From assembly GCA_951406725.2 (NCBI GenBank), contig OX597821.1, forward strand, positions 67,580,001-67,644,000: DNA of 64,000 nt, written 5' to 3'. Of this stretch, positions 12,900 through 27,362 are shown in pieces (the stretch's first letter is position 1; every line of letters starts with the position of its first letter). The DNA comes from Octopus vulgaris. Lineage: Eukaryota. Position numbers and translations under genes: made by a program. The notes under the pieces are model-generated. The model worked only from the letters and a program-made list of their open reading frames with translations, did not search any database and was not told the origin of the DNA.

Positions 12900-13097
12900 C
12901 CAACAGTGCCTTATACTCGTGTGTACCGTTGGCGATTTTTCCCCCGTCTTCCCTTCTTTGGATCTTTCCTTTTCCTATGTTTCTGACGAAGAGCTCCGCT
13001 CGAAACGTTAAACCCTCCTTCTTTCCTCAGCGTCCAATAATACTATACTTGTTCCACGTTCTCGCGTTGTGATGTTTTCATGTTTGGATTAACTTTA
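12897..13097 (+). mobile_element. Short TA-embedded element with minimal type I hammerhead motif
   Basis: Bounded by (TA)n on both sides; contains the motif at 12979-13013. Confidence 0.65.
12979..13013 (+). ncRNA. Minimal type I hammerhead ribozyme-like motif
   Basis: GTTT-CTGACGA-a-GAGC-tcc-GCTC-GAAA-cg-TT-AAAC: intact core boxes, 4-bp stem II, 4-bp stem I, palindromic AACGTT in place of stem III. Confidence 0.65.
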
Positions 13098-13167
13098 TAT
13101 ATATATATATATATATGTAGGAGAGTATTGTAGTTCGCTTGAAGCATTGTCAATATTTGTAAAGAAT

Positions 13168-13421
13168 AAAAGTTTTGAATGGTACAACAATGCACTATAA
13201 TACAGACAATGGGCTATATACCTGTTGTAATTTCCTAATATTTCAGACTAATTTTCCTTCTTCAGATATTCTTAGATATTATAGCAGCAATTCCATCTAA
13301 GAATATCTGAAGAAGGAATATTATTCCGATATATCCTATCACACTACGGATGATTGAATTACAACAGGTATATAGCCCATTGTCTGTATTATAGTGCATT
13401 GTTGCACCATTCAAAACTTTT
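13168..13421. repeat. Nested inverted repeat, Penelope-like
   Basis: Outer arms about 13168-13232 and 13357-13421 near-identical; inner arms 13254-13277 and 13296-13319; both inner arms carry CTGAAGAAGGAA. Confidence 0.85.
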
Positions 13422-14116
13422 TAGTTTATATATATATATACATATATTACACACTCACACACACACATACATACACAACACACACACACACATACACACA
13501 CACTCATATCCGTATTTTTTTCATTCCCTATCCGTTTTCCCGTTTTCTTTTTCTCTCTATCCCTTTTATCGAATAGCGTATGCTCGAAACGTCAAAGACT
13601 TTTCCATCCCTCCCGAGCGTTAAACTAATGCACCTGCTTGCTGTTCTTTCACTTGTCTTCGTATTTTCTTTACAGTAACTTTCAACTGTATGTATATATA
13701 TATAATCGGCTAAAAAATCTTGAAGGTAACACATTCAAAGTGTTTGCCGAAAGCACAAATTTCATATATAGTTCACGCTTACTGTTCAACAGTTTTTCAT
13801 TGAGGTAATCAGAACTAAATATATAATTACATACTTGTAATACATCTTGATTTATACCATTTGCGGTTACTTGAGTAACATAACACATTACATACGGAAA
13901 TCATTTGGATTACCTAGTTTCTTTTTTTATTTAATTCAATTATCTAATTAGGTATTTGGTGAAGTATGTTTATATGTGTGTGTATGTATGTATCTATGTG
14001 TGTATGTATGAATATATATGCGCGTGTGTATATATATATATATGAGTACTATATATATATATGTAAATGTGTGTTATATAGTTTTATATATGGATGCATA
14101 TATACTATATTTTGTG

Positions 14117-14195
<79 letters not shown>

Positions 14196-14961
14196 CATGT
14201 ATGTATTACATATGTGCGTGTCTATTATATATGAACATTGTGCATGCGGATATATGTGTGTATAGGCTTGCATATACGCACAGTTGAAGAGAAAGTGTGT
14301 CTGTGTGTGTGTGGGGGGGGGTGTTTATAAAATGTTCTTCTATGAATCATGTTATTCATCGTCTTTTGAGTTTATATTCGAAACCGAAGCGTGATATACA
14401 GATAAAATGTGATAGAGTCCACAGAATACCAAATTCACCGAAACATCTTTAAAGTGAATGAATCATACGGGAAATGTAACGGAAATATTGGACACTTTCG
14501 TTTATTTTGAAGATTGCAAGATGAAGAAAAAAAATGGTATAAAATACCATGTCTTTTCAAATAATAATAATCTTGCTACGAAACTATATACTGCAAATAA
14601 ATTGACGTCACACTGTTTTTTACCAGATATTTTTTTTTATGTATACAAACACCAATAGTAACTTAAAGATTTATATTATGATATGTTATAATTAACATGG
14701 ACATTATCTGACTGTGTTGTAACAACATTGGGTGGATTCCGTTGCGTCATTCGTTCCGGTCCTGTGCATAGTGAGTTCAAATACATGAGGGGTTAAATTT
14801 GCTTTGCATCCTTTCGGTTTCGGTACACTACTAGGATAAATTCCCTTGTATTTTATCTTTGTCCCTTCCGTTCTGCATCCCTCTCTCTCTCTCTCTCTCC
14901 GTCTATCCATCTATCAATCTATCTACCTATCTCTTACCCTGTCTTCCTGGAAGGAATTGTC

Positions 14962-15448
14962 TATAGTGCGGCCATTTTGTTGCACAATGTGTCTTCATCT
15001 CTCCTTTAACTTGAAGATACCCTCTTCCCAGATTTGAGGTGATTTCATAGCAAAGAATTCATCAAGGTATCTTTTTACGTCATCCAAGGAATTGAAATTT
15101 TTACCATTAAGACTATTCTGCAGAGATCTGTATAAGTGGAAATCCGAAGGAGCGAAATCTGGTGAATATGGAGGGTGGGGTAACACATCCCAGGCGAGCT
15201 GCAGCAATTTTTATCTGGTTCCCAAAACATCAAGTGCCGAAAATGAACTTTCTTATCTTCCATTTTAAAGGGTTGAAGAATTAACACAAGCTATAGGAAC
15301 ATAAACCTTCTTCCACGAAAAGATAGCTTAAACTGTGCTCTAAATGGAGGTATAGTCAAATCCTATTTTATGGACTCAACCATGTTCTAATATAAGACGA
15401 AAGGTAAGCTACTATAAATCGGCACGATCTTTGCGGACAACCCAATGT
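14962..15448 (-). mobile_element. Internally deleted mariner transposon (pseudogene)
   Basis: TIR-like end attgggttgtccgcaaagatcgtgcc; N-terminus MEDKKVHFRHLMFWE joined directly to C-terminal WDVLPHPPYSPDFAPSDFHL motif. Confidence 0.9.
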
Positions 15449-15699
15449 AATGTGTTCTATATATCTATTTTGACACTAAAGGTATTTCCAGAAGACCGTA
15501 CTATCATACCCAATAATTAATGCAATGTTTAACGTTCCACAAGCAACGTTACACAATCGTGTATTACGTTTGATCTCAGGTAGATCATACATCAACAATA
15601 AAAGCTAAGGAAAAGGCACCTGAAACCACATCAAAATGCACATGAATCTCTATAAAAGACGCCGCTTGCTTCAGTGCATTCGTACACACACGAAATACA

Positions 15700-16370
15700 A
15701 CCCGAAGGAGTTTTTCAATGTATTCAGAAAAGAGGCAACTATCGATTACATCAACATAACAGAAGAGGATGTAATATCGGCCATTGATGAGATGAGATCG
15801 AACTCAGCTACAGGCCCAGATGGACTCTCAGCTGCTCTCTTAAAGACATGTGAAAAGGCGCTTGCAAAGCCATTGCAGATACTCTTTCAGAGTTTCCTTG
15901 CATGTGGTAAACTTCTCAACATGCTAAAAGAGGGTATAATATACCATGTCCACAAGGGAGACAGTAGAACAGATGCTAAAAACTACAGGCTCATCTCTCT
16001 GACCTCACATGTTAGCAAGACAATGGAATGCATTATCAGAACAAGGCTGATCATGTTCCCAGAAGAAACCAACCTTCTCACAAACACGCAACGTGGCTTT
16101 CGTCCAGGGAGGAGCTGCCTCACACAGTTGCTGCAGCACTTTGACTGGGTACTGAAGCAACAGCGAAACCAGTCAGCCGTAGACGTGATATACCACGACG
16201 TTACCAAGGCTTTCCACAAATTTAATTATGGCATGAGCGAAACCTTGCTATTACTGGGTAACTGGAAGAGTGGCTGCATGATTTTCTGAAGGGCTGGAGT
16301 AAGACAGTTGTAGCCAATGGTGCTCACTCTGAAGAGACACCAATTCTCAGCGGAGTCCCACAGGGAACCC
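15700..16370 (+). pseudogene. Non-LTR retrotransposon reverse transcriptase fragment (CR1/L2/Jockey group)
   Basis: ATGPDG, NYRLISLTS, QRGFRPGRSCLTQL, DVIYHDVTKAF and downstream SGVPQG motifs; frameshifted, truncated before YADD. Confidence 0.9.
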
Positions 16371-16989
16371 AGTAAAAAGTTACGCAAGCCCCTGTAACAC
16401 AGACGCTAAATTGTAATCAAATTGAAAGTCGAGGCAAGGCATCAATATATAGTTTTATGTAAGTGTGCACATATGTAAGTGTGCACATATGTGTGTGTGT
16501 CTGTGTGTGTGTGTATGTGTGTCTGTTTGTGTAACGAGATTGTTCTTGGCATACACAACCACGGTCTAACCTTTCTGAGGAATAGATACCTTGGAGTCAA
16601 CTTTTACTTCAGTTTCACTATCGCAATCGGAACCCTTTCAATCGGAACCCTTTCAAATGAACCCAATAACAGGAACTAAACTCTGATAAAGTTGAATATC
16701 ATCTTTTAGGAGAAGGAACGCAATCACAGAAACCTTTCCAGCTTAATGTATCTTTACTATCCCCTTCAAAGGAATATATACATAGCTATAACTAGATAGT
16801 AATAATGATCATAACAAAATTCGTACAAATTTTGTATCGAAATTTAGATAATTTCTATAAAGATGCATGAAATTTACTCGATAACAATAACATAACTATG
16901 GTACTTCTGGGGAAAGTTTATTCAGACTAATAAGGTGAGTATTTGACCTGCCAAGATCCATCGTATTGAAATGTAAAGTTGTAAATGTG

Positions 16990-17170
16990 AAGTGTCGTAA
17001 ATATTATGGTGTCTTCCGGAAAATTGAAATTGAAATAAGCAAGCTGAAGGCGTGGGAGTGAAAATCATGCCAACAATAATTGGTTCACTAGATAATTATC
17101 CTTGGGCACTCAACTTAGTTCAAAGTCAGTCAACGAGGTAGTATCTATAAGTTGCAATACCTGGTAGAAA
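16990..17170 (+). mobile_element. Possible very decayed RLE-LINE C-terminal remnant
   Basis: Pieces translate KLKIEISKL...VKIMPTIIGSLD, like the PIIIGALG motif. Confidence 0.3.
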
Positions 17171-18573
17171 GAGCTGCCAAATCTCACCTAGTTCAGAAAC
17201 GACTGTCAAGAAAGAACACATTTGATAATGCAGACCTAGGTACACACGTACAGGAGTTTCTTTCGTAAATAACCCATGTCTTCTTTTTACTTTTATCTAT
17301 GATCACACTATCTATATGTCCTTCTCTCTTTAGGACGATACATTGTGAATTTGGAGGAAATTCGGCTACTATTTCTATTACTAGTGACAGCAACGGTGTT
17401 GAGACTCGCTCCATCATTTCCTAGTGTTTATCAAAGTTGTTTAGCCCTATAAACAACCCAATACTCATAAACAGAAATATGATCGGAGGATGTGCTAGGC
17501 GCGCCCCAGGTTTGTTTTTGTAGCTGTGCCGGACTAAACAGCCTATTGTTCTCTGTTCTTACTTAAAATGGTAAGATGAGACCTCAGGCAATTATTTCTA
17601 GCAGGCCTTGTTACGATATAGGGCTTTCTTTATTACATCATATATTGCACCGCAAATTTCCATTGGAGCTATTGAATAAATATTGTAATAAACAGATAGT
17701 AATGCTTCAGGTCGTGCTTCTGATGACGATGACGATGATGATGTGATATTGATAGTTGTAGTTTTGATGATGTAGACGATGCGGATGATGATGATGTTGA
17801 TTTCGGTGATGATTGTTTAAGTTTAGTAGAGTCACACATAAAAATAAACGACATTCGTATAATGTAACGATAAAATCCAATCAATAAGCACTATTATATA
17901 ACCTTAACCCTCTGAACTGCCTTCTCAAATTATGGCAGCAATATCATGTTCAGTCTATTCGTGCTGTTTGTAAATTCTCATCAACATCTCGGAGCTCTTA
18001 AAATTTTCTTCGAAGTAAACATCGATTTCGGATCCAATATTTTTCTCCTTTAAGTTAAGCTGAAACTTGAAGACTAATAATTATTATACTGAACGTTCGA
18101 GATTAGAATTAACTTTACTACAACCCAATTTCTCAGAACAGTAATGGTTTGTTCAAGGCCGTTTTATCTCTAAAATTCTCATGCATGCTTTTGTCTTTCA
18201 AACTAGTCTATATTGTGTGGTTTTTCTTCCATTCGTATTTCTCCGAGTATAGATTTGAGGACAGACATGCAAGGTCACTCGCCCTGCTAGAAACAGCAGT
18301 AAAAATTTTGCATACGCCCAAACATTTATTCTAAGTAAAGAAAGGACACTTTGGGTTTGAGAGTCCAAGTTATCTCTACAAACATGTGATATTTAGAATT
18401 GAAATGTATTTGAGCATAGCTCAACAGGCGGACATGAAGCTAAACAGCAGCAAGAACATTTAAAGATAAAATATTTTATCTCCTACTCTAGAATATTAGA
18501 TGTAGTGAACCATTTTATGACAAAAAGCTTACATTGAGCTCAATTGTCATTTGTCAGGATCCCTTTGAACATG

Positions 18574-18625
<52 letters not shown>

Positions 18626-19139
18626 AAAAAGGAGATGTGGAACACGAGTTGTGATATATATATATATATATATGGTGTTATATAATATATTACATCATAT
18701 TACATTATATTACATGATATTAAATTAAACATTATTTAACGGAGTGTGAAAAAAATAGAAATTTCGGGTTTCAGAATTAGCAACCTCAAAGTGATTATAT
18801 GTATATACATAGACATATACATACATATATATATATGTGTGTCTATATCGTTGCTATTATTCAAAAGTGTTCTAAGCCCAAAACGTTGCTTTTTCAGAAA
18901 ACGAAAACATAGCGGTCACCATTCCATAGCCAAACAGTTGTACTGCACTTTGACAATTTTTTATACTTTGGCATATGAAGCAGCTGGAATTACGATAGTT
19001 TGACCGAAAGAACGGGCTATTACAAGCAAAAATAAATATTGAAAAAGAAAATCATTTGACCAAACTTGGACGTAGGCAGTTTAACATAATAGCATATAGA
19101 TAATGATATATAAATATTAAAAGGTAGAAGATAAAAGAT

Positions 19140-19359
19140 ATATATGCATGTATACATACATATATATGCAAATGTATACATATATATATGTATACATGTA
19201 TATATGAATATATATACATATATATATATACATATGTATACATATGTACACACACATGTATATATATATATACACATATGTATACATATATATATACATA
19301 TATTTACATATGTATACATATATACATATACATACATATGTATACATATATACATATAC

Positions 19360-19390
<31 letters not shown>

Positions 19391-19472
19391 AATATATACA
19401 TATGTATGCATATATACATATGTATACATATATACACACATATATATATATTTGTATACACATATATATATA
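19140..19472. repeat. Degenerate (TA/CA) microsatellite
   Basis: Seen directly. Confidence 0.95.
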
Positions 19473-19787
19473 TCGAGATCAGTGACTTTCCGTCACTGGA
19501 AAAAGTATATATATATATATATATATTCGCATTGGGAACCACTTCACATCGCCAGTGGCTGTGCTATGTCACACATTGATGACGGGTCAATACCCAGTAA
19601 CTCGGGCTGGTGAGTATCAAATCTGGCTGGAGATGGGAGGATGACTTCCCTTTGCAAATACTGATAGGGCACAGAAAGTGTGTCAATAGCCAACTGGATG
19701 AGATGTCTTCCTGGGGCGAGAAACGACAGTAGCATCAACCATTAAGGGTTAGCCACATTTAGGTGCCAAATATACTTCACTGTAATG

Positions 19788-19992
19788 GCAGAAACGTTAG
19801 CACGCCGGGTGAAATGCTTAGCGGTATTTCGTCTGTCATTACGTTGTGAGTTCAATTTCCGCCGAGGTCGACTTTGCCTTTCATCCCTTCGGGGTCGATA
19901 AATTATGTGCCAGTTACGCACTGGAGTCGATATAATCGACTTAATAAGCTTGTCTGTCCTTGTTTGTCCCCTTGTGGGCCATAAAGAAATAA
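19788..19992 (+). mobile_element. SINE family B
   Basis: ggcagaaacgttagcacgccggg...gtgggccataaagaaataa. Confidence 0.9.
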
Positions 19993-20923
<931 letters not shown>

Positions 20924-21500
20924 GTAGAACAAGAGGTTTAAATATACTTGAAAAAGCTGAATCGATAGGATTTAATAAAAAATATAGCAACAAAATATAC
21001 TGCAAAATATACGACTTGTCATTGTACCTATACTTTTAGAATGCTGCACTTGAACATTGACAATGTGCATGCAACCTTAAAACCGCATGTTCTCCACTTT
21101 AGCCCTCTACAGTGAATATTTACACAGCGTCCGTTGTAAAATGATAAAGATTACATGTTTTGTCATATACACTTTCTGGGCACTATATACGTTATGAAAT
21201 ATTTTTCTAAAAATACAATGTGAATGTTTTCTCCTCACCGCAAAATTTGTTCTGGTCTGGTGACCTTACACACATTTCGTATTATTTATTCAGTTTTGAA
21301 TTGTTCTGCGAACTTGCTTTCCTAACAAACGTTTGTTTTATCTTACCAAAATCTAAATATATTTCTGTATGAGTCAGTCTATGCCATCGTTCACTTCAAC
21401 ATTTTCTATTGATATGGAACAAAAATATTTCCATTGTTGAATAACTTTTGAACAAACATAAATGTTAAAATGTATTAAGTGTCGTTATATTTACTTGCAG

Positions 21501-21550
21501 GCTCTGGAGAAAGGTACAACATCAATGGCGTTTCAGTTCTTCCTGGATTT
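21501..21550 (+). other. Weak candidate 50-nt exon
   Basis: ttacttgcag| acceptor, |gtgaga donor; open as (G)SGERYNINGVSVLPGF or ALEKGTTSMAFQFFLD; phase-compatible with 8150-8244. Confidence 0.3.
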
Positions 21551-21907
21551 GTGAGATTTATGCATTTAATGTTCCTCTAAATATTTGCAAGTTAACACCT
21601 GAGTGTCAGGCACTAACAGAGAGGGAATTTCAGGGGTATGGGGATCTAGGACGAAATGATTGAATTAAAGATGGATCTAGAAAGGTAATCTGTGATATGA
21701 GATAAAAGGAGATGTGAAGTTAGCTGGAATACTTGAACAGAGATGCCATGAGTCGGGGTAAATTGTTCCGAGGATCAGAAACCGTCATAGAAACAGGTAT
21801 AGAAGGCAGAGAGAAAAAGAAAGAAAGAAAGAAAGGAATAAAGAAAGAAAAAAAGAAAGAAAGGGGGTGTACCTATCTCAGAGGGTGGTCCATGTATATG
21901 AGTGATT

Positions 21908-22075
<168 letters not shown>

Positions 22076-22090
22076 GAAGAGATCGATGGA

Positions 22091-22312
22091 TACGAGGGGG
22101 TGGGGAAAAGTTCTTCACTTTGTGTAAACGAAAATACAGGAAAATCAGTTAATTATGATTTTATTCAACATATCCCCCCTTCAGATTCATTCACTTATTG
22201 CAGCGGCCTTTCATTTTTTCTAAGCGTTGAAAAAGTACTGGGAAGATTGGACCTCAAACCAGGCCCTCGGCGATACCCTTATAGCCAGGGATATTTCAAC
22301 CGCTCCTCGTGT
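22091..22312 (-). mobile_element. Mariner-derived MITE
   Basis: TA-cgagg...cctcg ends; reverse-complement similarity to 7910-8129. Confidence 0.7.
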
Positions 22313-22313
22313 A

Positions 22314-22364
<51 letters not shown>

Positions 22365-22689
22365 TGCAGCAACTGTGTTGGGTATTTCACAACAGCACAC
22401 CATTGCAGATCTCACATGGCTTTCGTAGTGTCTATAACACCGAAAATTAATGTGGCTGAAGGAATTTCTGGTTCTATATATAATTTCAATCGATTAAATT
22501 CAATTTTTCGCTCACCTGACTAAGGGGCGTATCCAGCACTTAACTATACTTTCTTTGTGCTGACGGTGCCCTTAAGAGATATGATGTATACACTTTTCGT
22601 AGAAAGTGAGGATCCTGAAGCTGCTCTTCTCAATATCAATCTAGTGTTTTTCATCAATCCAGCAAAATTGTATTTGAAAACTAAGCAAA

Positions 22690-22836
22690 TATTCTTTTAA
22701 AAAACTTTTCTTCTAACTTTACCAAAATTTTATTGTTTTCCATACTTACAGTTGAAAAAGCTTCAATGACTGAAACCGGTACTGAAATGTTTTTTTATAA
22801 AATTATTTAAGCATTTTCTACCTTGACTTTTGCCCA
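22690..22836 (+). mobile_element. Second copy of the U3-A8 hammerhead-like element
   Basis: cag-TTGAAAA-AGCT-tcaat-GACT-GAAA-CCGG-TA-ctg at 22749-22784, ending in (TA)n. Confidence 0.6.
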
Positions 22837-22910
22837 TATATATATATATATATAACGGGAAGCTTTATGAAAATAGACAAAAGACGAAGGCAGGTTTACG
22901 GTGGAATACA

Positions 22911-22915
<5 letters not shown>

Positions 22916-22961
<46 letters not shown>

Positions 22962-23014
22962 CACATTTATATTTATATATATACATATATACATACACAC
23001 ATACACACACAGAC

Positions 23015-23047
<33 letters not shown>

Positions 23048-23126
23048 TACACATATATATACACATATGTATATATAAATATATATAAATATATATATAT
23101 ATATTCATATATAGAGAGATATACAC

Positions 23127-23208
<82 letters not shown>
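22916..23208. repeat. (TA)/(CA) and (TG)n microsatellite
   Basis: Seen directly. Confidence 0.95.
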
Positions 23209-23211
<3 letters not shown>

Positions 23212-23735
23212 CGCCTATAGTTTTCGAAGGAATTTTTTTAACAAATGTCAAAAGAAAACTAATATGCAAATAAGCCAACCTTGCAGGAGACTAAAGCAGC
23301 TTTTTCTTTATAGCTCTAAGTTGTTATTCTCACCACAAAACCGAGTTTTAACAGGATACAGAGAAGTAAACGACAGAGAGCACTGTCTCTCCCTTCCCTT
23401 ACCTGCGTCGATCTACCAATGAGATTCAGTCCTCCATCAATCTTTATACATCTTTAAATATATTTCCGAATAGCACACTTTTAGTTTCCGTGATGTTTAG
23501 TGTAATGAAATTTATGAGTTCCTATTGCGATCAATAGAAATGGTTCGTTTGAGATGAGTCATCATCGTTGAGATGACTTAAAATCGTTAGGAATGAAGAA
23601 GCGCGGAAAGAGATAGAGTAAATGTATTGATACAAAATGAATTCGATTCAATCAGATTTTACTGTCACTGCATGCAAATACATCGATGAGTAAATGACAG
23701 CGCTATCGCAATAAGATCAAATAATATATATACAC

Positions 23736-23783
<48 letters not shown>

Positions 23784-24014
23784 TAAATGGTAACAATATA
23801 CAGTACAATAGTAAATGTAGTGATAACGATTTTCTAGACTGGCACAAGGCCAACCATTTCCAATTTTGCTATTTGATTTTATCGATCTCTAACCACGAGT
23901 TAGATATATGTTTTATCTATAGAAAAGAATGAGGGTTCAAATTGATGAACGTCGCCAAGATTTTAACCCAAGCCTTAAAGAGTTTGGGTTAAATAGCCTT
24001 AACGTGTTTCTTTA

Positions 24015-24595
24015 TCTTCAATATTGTTCTAAGACCGTCTATAGCTGTCCAAGCCTAAGCCACGCCCGGTTTAGTTTCTTTTTCAGTGGAAACAATATTT
24101 CTGCCAAGGTAAGTAAACTCGTTGACATTTTTCAAGGGGTTCTGTTTGAATAATTGAAAAGAAAGTTCTTCAGAGCAGTTGTTGCATCTGTGCTTGTATA
24201 TGGATCTCCGATTTGGACTCACTAAGAGACTCAGGTGCATGCTGGACGGTGCCTACACCAGAATGTTACGTGCAGTACTCAACATCTTTTGGATGGAGCA
24301 CCCAACAAAACAATGCTTATATGGGAATGTACCAACTATCTCATCACCCATCCAAGAGCGGAGATTGAGATTTGCTGGCCGCTGCTGGAGAAATAAAGAA
24401 CTTGTGAGCAATGTGCTGCTGTGGACATTAAATAATGGTACCACAGCGGCCGGAAGACCACGGAAAATGTATATACAACAGCTTTCAGAAGATGTTGGAT
24501 GCCAAGTTGAAAACCTAAAAACGCAAATGGAAGATCGGGAGGGATAGAGAGAGGTAGTCAGGCTGGACCGGGCAATCAGCCTCACTGGATGATAC
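24015..24595 (+). mobile_element. RTE-clade LINE 3' fragment with inverted 5' segment
   Basis: Plus 24153-24590: LKRKFFRAVVASVLVYGSPIWT...TRMLRAVLNI.W..H...RRLRFAGRCWR...GRPRK...MEDREG; minus 24150-24015: LKNVNEFTYLGRNIVSTEKE...AWTAIDGLRTI. Confidence 0.85.
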
Positions 24596-24973
24596 CTCAT
24601 TTTATTAGTATTTCTTTAGTCTGCATATCGTACCCTTTTCTCTAAAACGTCTACTTACATTGGTTCAGGGACTGAAATGTGCGAGGCAATTGATACTAAA
24701 TGAGAAAGACGATAAACAGCATAGAACTTGAACGAAGAACCAAGAAACAATGAATTATATGCTTTAATGCAACGATTTTGCTTTTTTCTGATACTCCACT
24801 GGATAGTGGGTGAAACGAAGTGAGACACAAAAAAAGTTGTGGGGTTGTGTGGTCCGTTTCGTGAAATGAAGATAATTTTGAACTTTTTCAAAATTGCCCA
24901 ACATTATGACAAAGAAAGTATTCCCAAAGTATTGTATGAGATATTGTTATGTTTTCTCATTACTACAAAAGAA

Positions 24974-25375
24974 GAAGGCGGCGAGCTGGCAGAGCCGTTA
25001 GCACCCCGGGCGAAAGGCGTAGCCGTATTTCGTCTGCAGTTACGTTGAGTTCAAATTCCGCCGAGGTCGACTTTGCCTTTCATCCTTTCAGGGTCGATAT
25101 AATAAGTACCAGTTACGCACTGGGGTCGATATAATCGACTTAATCCGTTTGTCTGTCCTTGTTTGTCATCTCTGTGTTTGGCTCTTGTGGGCAGTAAAGA
25201 AATAGGTATTTCGTCCGTCTTTATGGACCGGGTTGGTTCAGAAACTTCCGAGGTTGACTTCGCGTTCATCCTTTCAAAGTCGATAAAATAAGTACCAGTT
25301 GAGCACTGGGGTCGATGCAATCGACTTAGCCTCTTCCCTGTAATTCCTAGCCTCACGTCAAAATTTGAAACTAAT
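24974..25375 (+). mobile_element. SINE-B dimer
   Basis: Full unit, junction aaagaaata|ggtatttcgtc, then second unit with the alternative tail. Confidence 0.85.
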
Positions 25376-25569
25376 ATTCAAGAAGGTGGCTACGATAAAT
25401 TACTTCATCCTAGTTGTTTCGGCCCTCTACATTCCGAGTTCAAATATCGCTGTTTCAACTTACCCGTTCATCCTTTCGTAGTTGATAGAATTAAGCACGT
25501 CTTCTCATATACGCTACTGGTCTACCGTTTGTCGGATTGAGAATTCCTATTTTGAACTAACGGAATGGG

Positions 25570-25604
<35 letters not shown>

Positions 25605-26059
25605 AGATCTTGCTTACATTTAGGTTCAACAGATTGGTTCTTGGCATATCATACATATTGATCGGTTTCCATTTTTTCTTCGACCACCTTCACCCAAAGC
25701 CAAAAAACTTTGAGGAGAAATGTGTTTCGTAATTCTATTGCATTTCGACATTAAGCGTTCGAATTCTTCCCGCGAATTTTCAACCATTCACATAATAACA
25801 TTTTTTTCTGAGATTTATCGATTTTTTTCAGTACACCCTTTCTTTAGTGGATGTTGGCAAAGTGCCTAGTTAAATGAAAACAATAAAACATACATACACA
25901 GAAAAAAAAAACAAGACAAAGCCGCTATACAATCATTAGGGGTCAGTCTTTGTTCACAACAATAGACATCAAATCTAATTGTTCTTGGTTTTTATTTCTC
26001 GCCCTGTCTCTCTCCTATTATTTATTTATTTATACATACACAATGTATATTTATGTCTG

Positions 26060-26126
<67 letters not shown>

Positions 26127-27111
26127 GTTTGTGTGTGTGCGTGCGTGTGTATCTGCAAGGAATTACATTACAAACAGAACAACAATTTTGGGAATACTAA
26201 TTCTATGCTCTGATTGATATAGTTCTCATTTGTCGGTGCATTTTCGCTGAGTATATTCTGCACAGCATTCACCTTGTGTATGTATAATATAGTGTGTGTG
26301 TGTGTGTGTATGTGTATGTGGTGTACGTGTACGTGTGTGTTTAGGAAGTGAGAGAAGATAAAGATGTTTATAATTTTTGCCCCATCATTGTTGTTGCTGT
26401 TGTTATTGTTTAACCCAAGACCAGCTCTAACAAAATGGGAACAGACCTATGAGCAGAACTAACGCAGCAGTGGTCTTCCCGTTGTTTTTTTCTTTCTACA
26501 CGGATCACACGACAACATTATCTTATGTGTTCCTTTGTCTAAGATGCTGGAATGTGACTTATGGCAAATTTGAATGCTATTTCCAGCAGTACAAGCGATA
26601 TCACAGGGGCTCCGTTGTTCACACGTTTAAGAACCGCTTGATTATGACGCCGTTGACTAGTGGTGGCGTTGATATCGATAACGAAGAGAGAGATTGGTAG
26701 CAGTAAGTGTATGATAGAATTGTGGTAGTGGTAATTTTAAAGGTAGCGGTGGTTGTTTTGCTAAAGAGCGTGTGGATATGGATGTAGTGTTAATTGGTAG
26801 TAATATTTGTTGGAGTTAAGTTTGCTTGGCTAACAGAAGATTGGCGATGGTGGCGTGGCTCTTATTTCTGTAATATTTGAAAAAGTTCATCAGGTTAATG
26901 GATTTGTCGTTGGTATTTGTGGTGGTGGTGGTTGTGGTGGTGGTGATTGTTGCAGTGGATGTTTTCGTAGTGGCGATAGTAATGGTCGTGCATGGTGTGA
27001 TGGTGGAACCGAGACGGTGTTGCTTCCGTCATTCGTTTGTTGTTGTTGTTGTTGTTGTTAGTATTATAGCTGTTGTTGAAACGACGAGCTGGCAAAATCG
27101 TTTGTACATTT

Positions 27112-27328
27112 ACTCTTTTACTTGTTTCAGTCATTTGACTGTGGCCATGCTGGAGTACCGACTTTAGTCGATCAAATCGACCCTAAGACTTATTCTTTGT
27201 AAGCATAGTACTTATTCTATCAGTCTCTGTTGCCGAACCGCTAAGTTACGGGGACATAAACACACTAGCATCGGTCAAGCGATATTGGGGGAAAAAACAC
27301 AGACACACAAATATATACACACATACAT

Positions 27329-27362
<34 letters not shown>

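Noticed and set aside
16861-16934. Strong donor AAG|gtgagt suggesting an exon
   Set aside because: All three frames have stops shortly upstream and there is no convincing acceptor; a non-coding exon cannot be excluded
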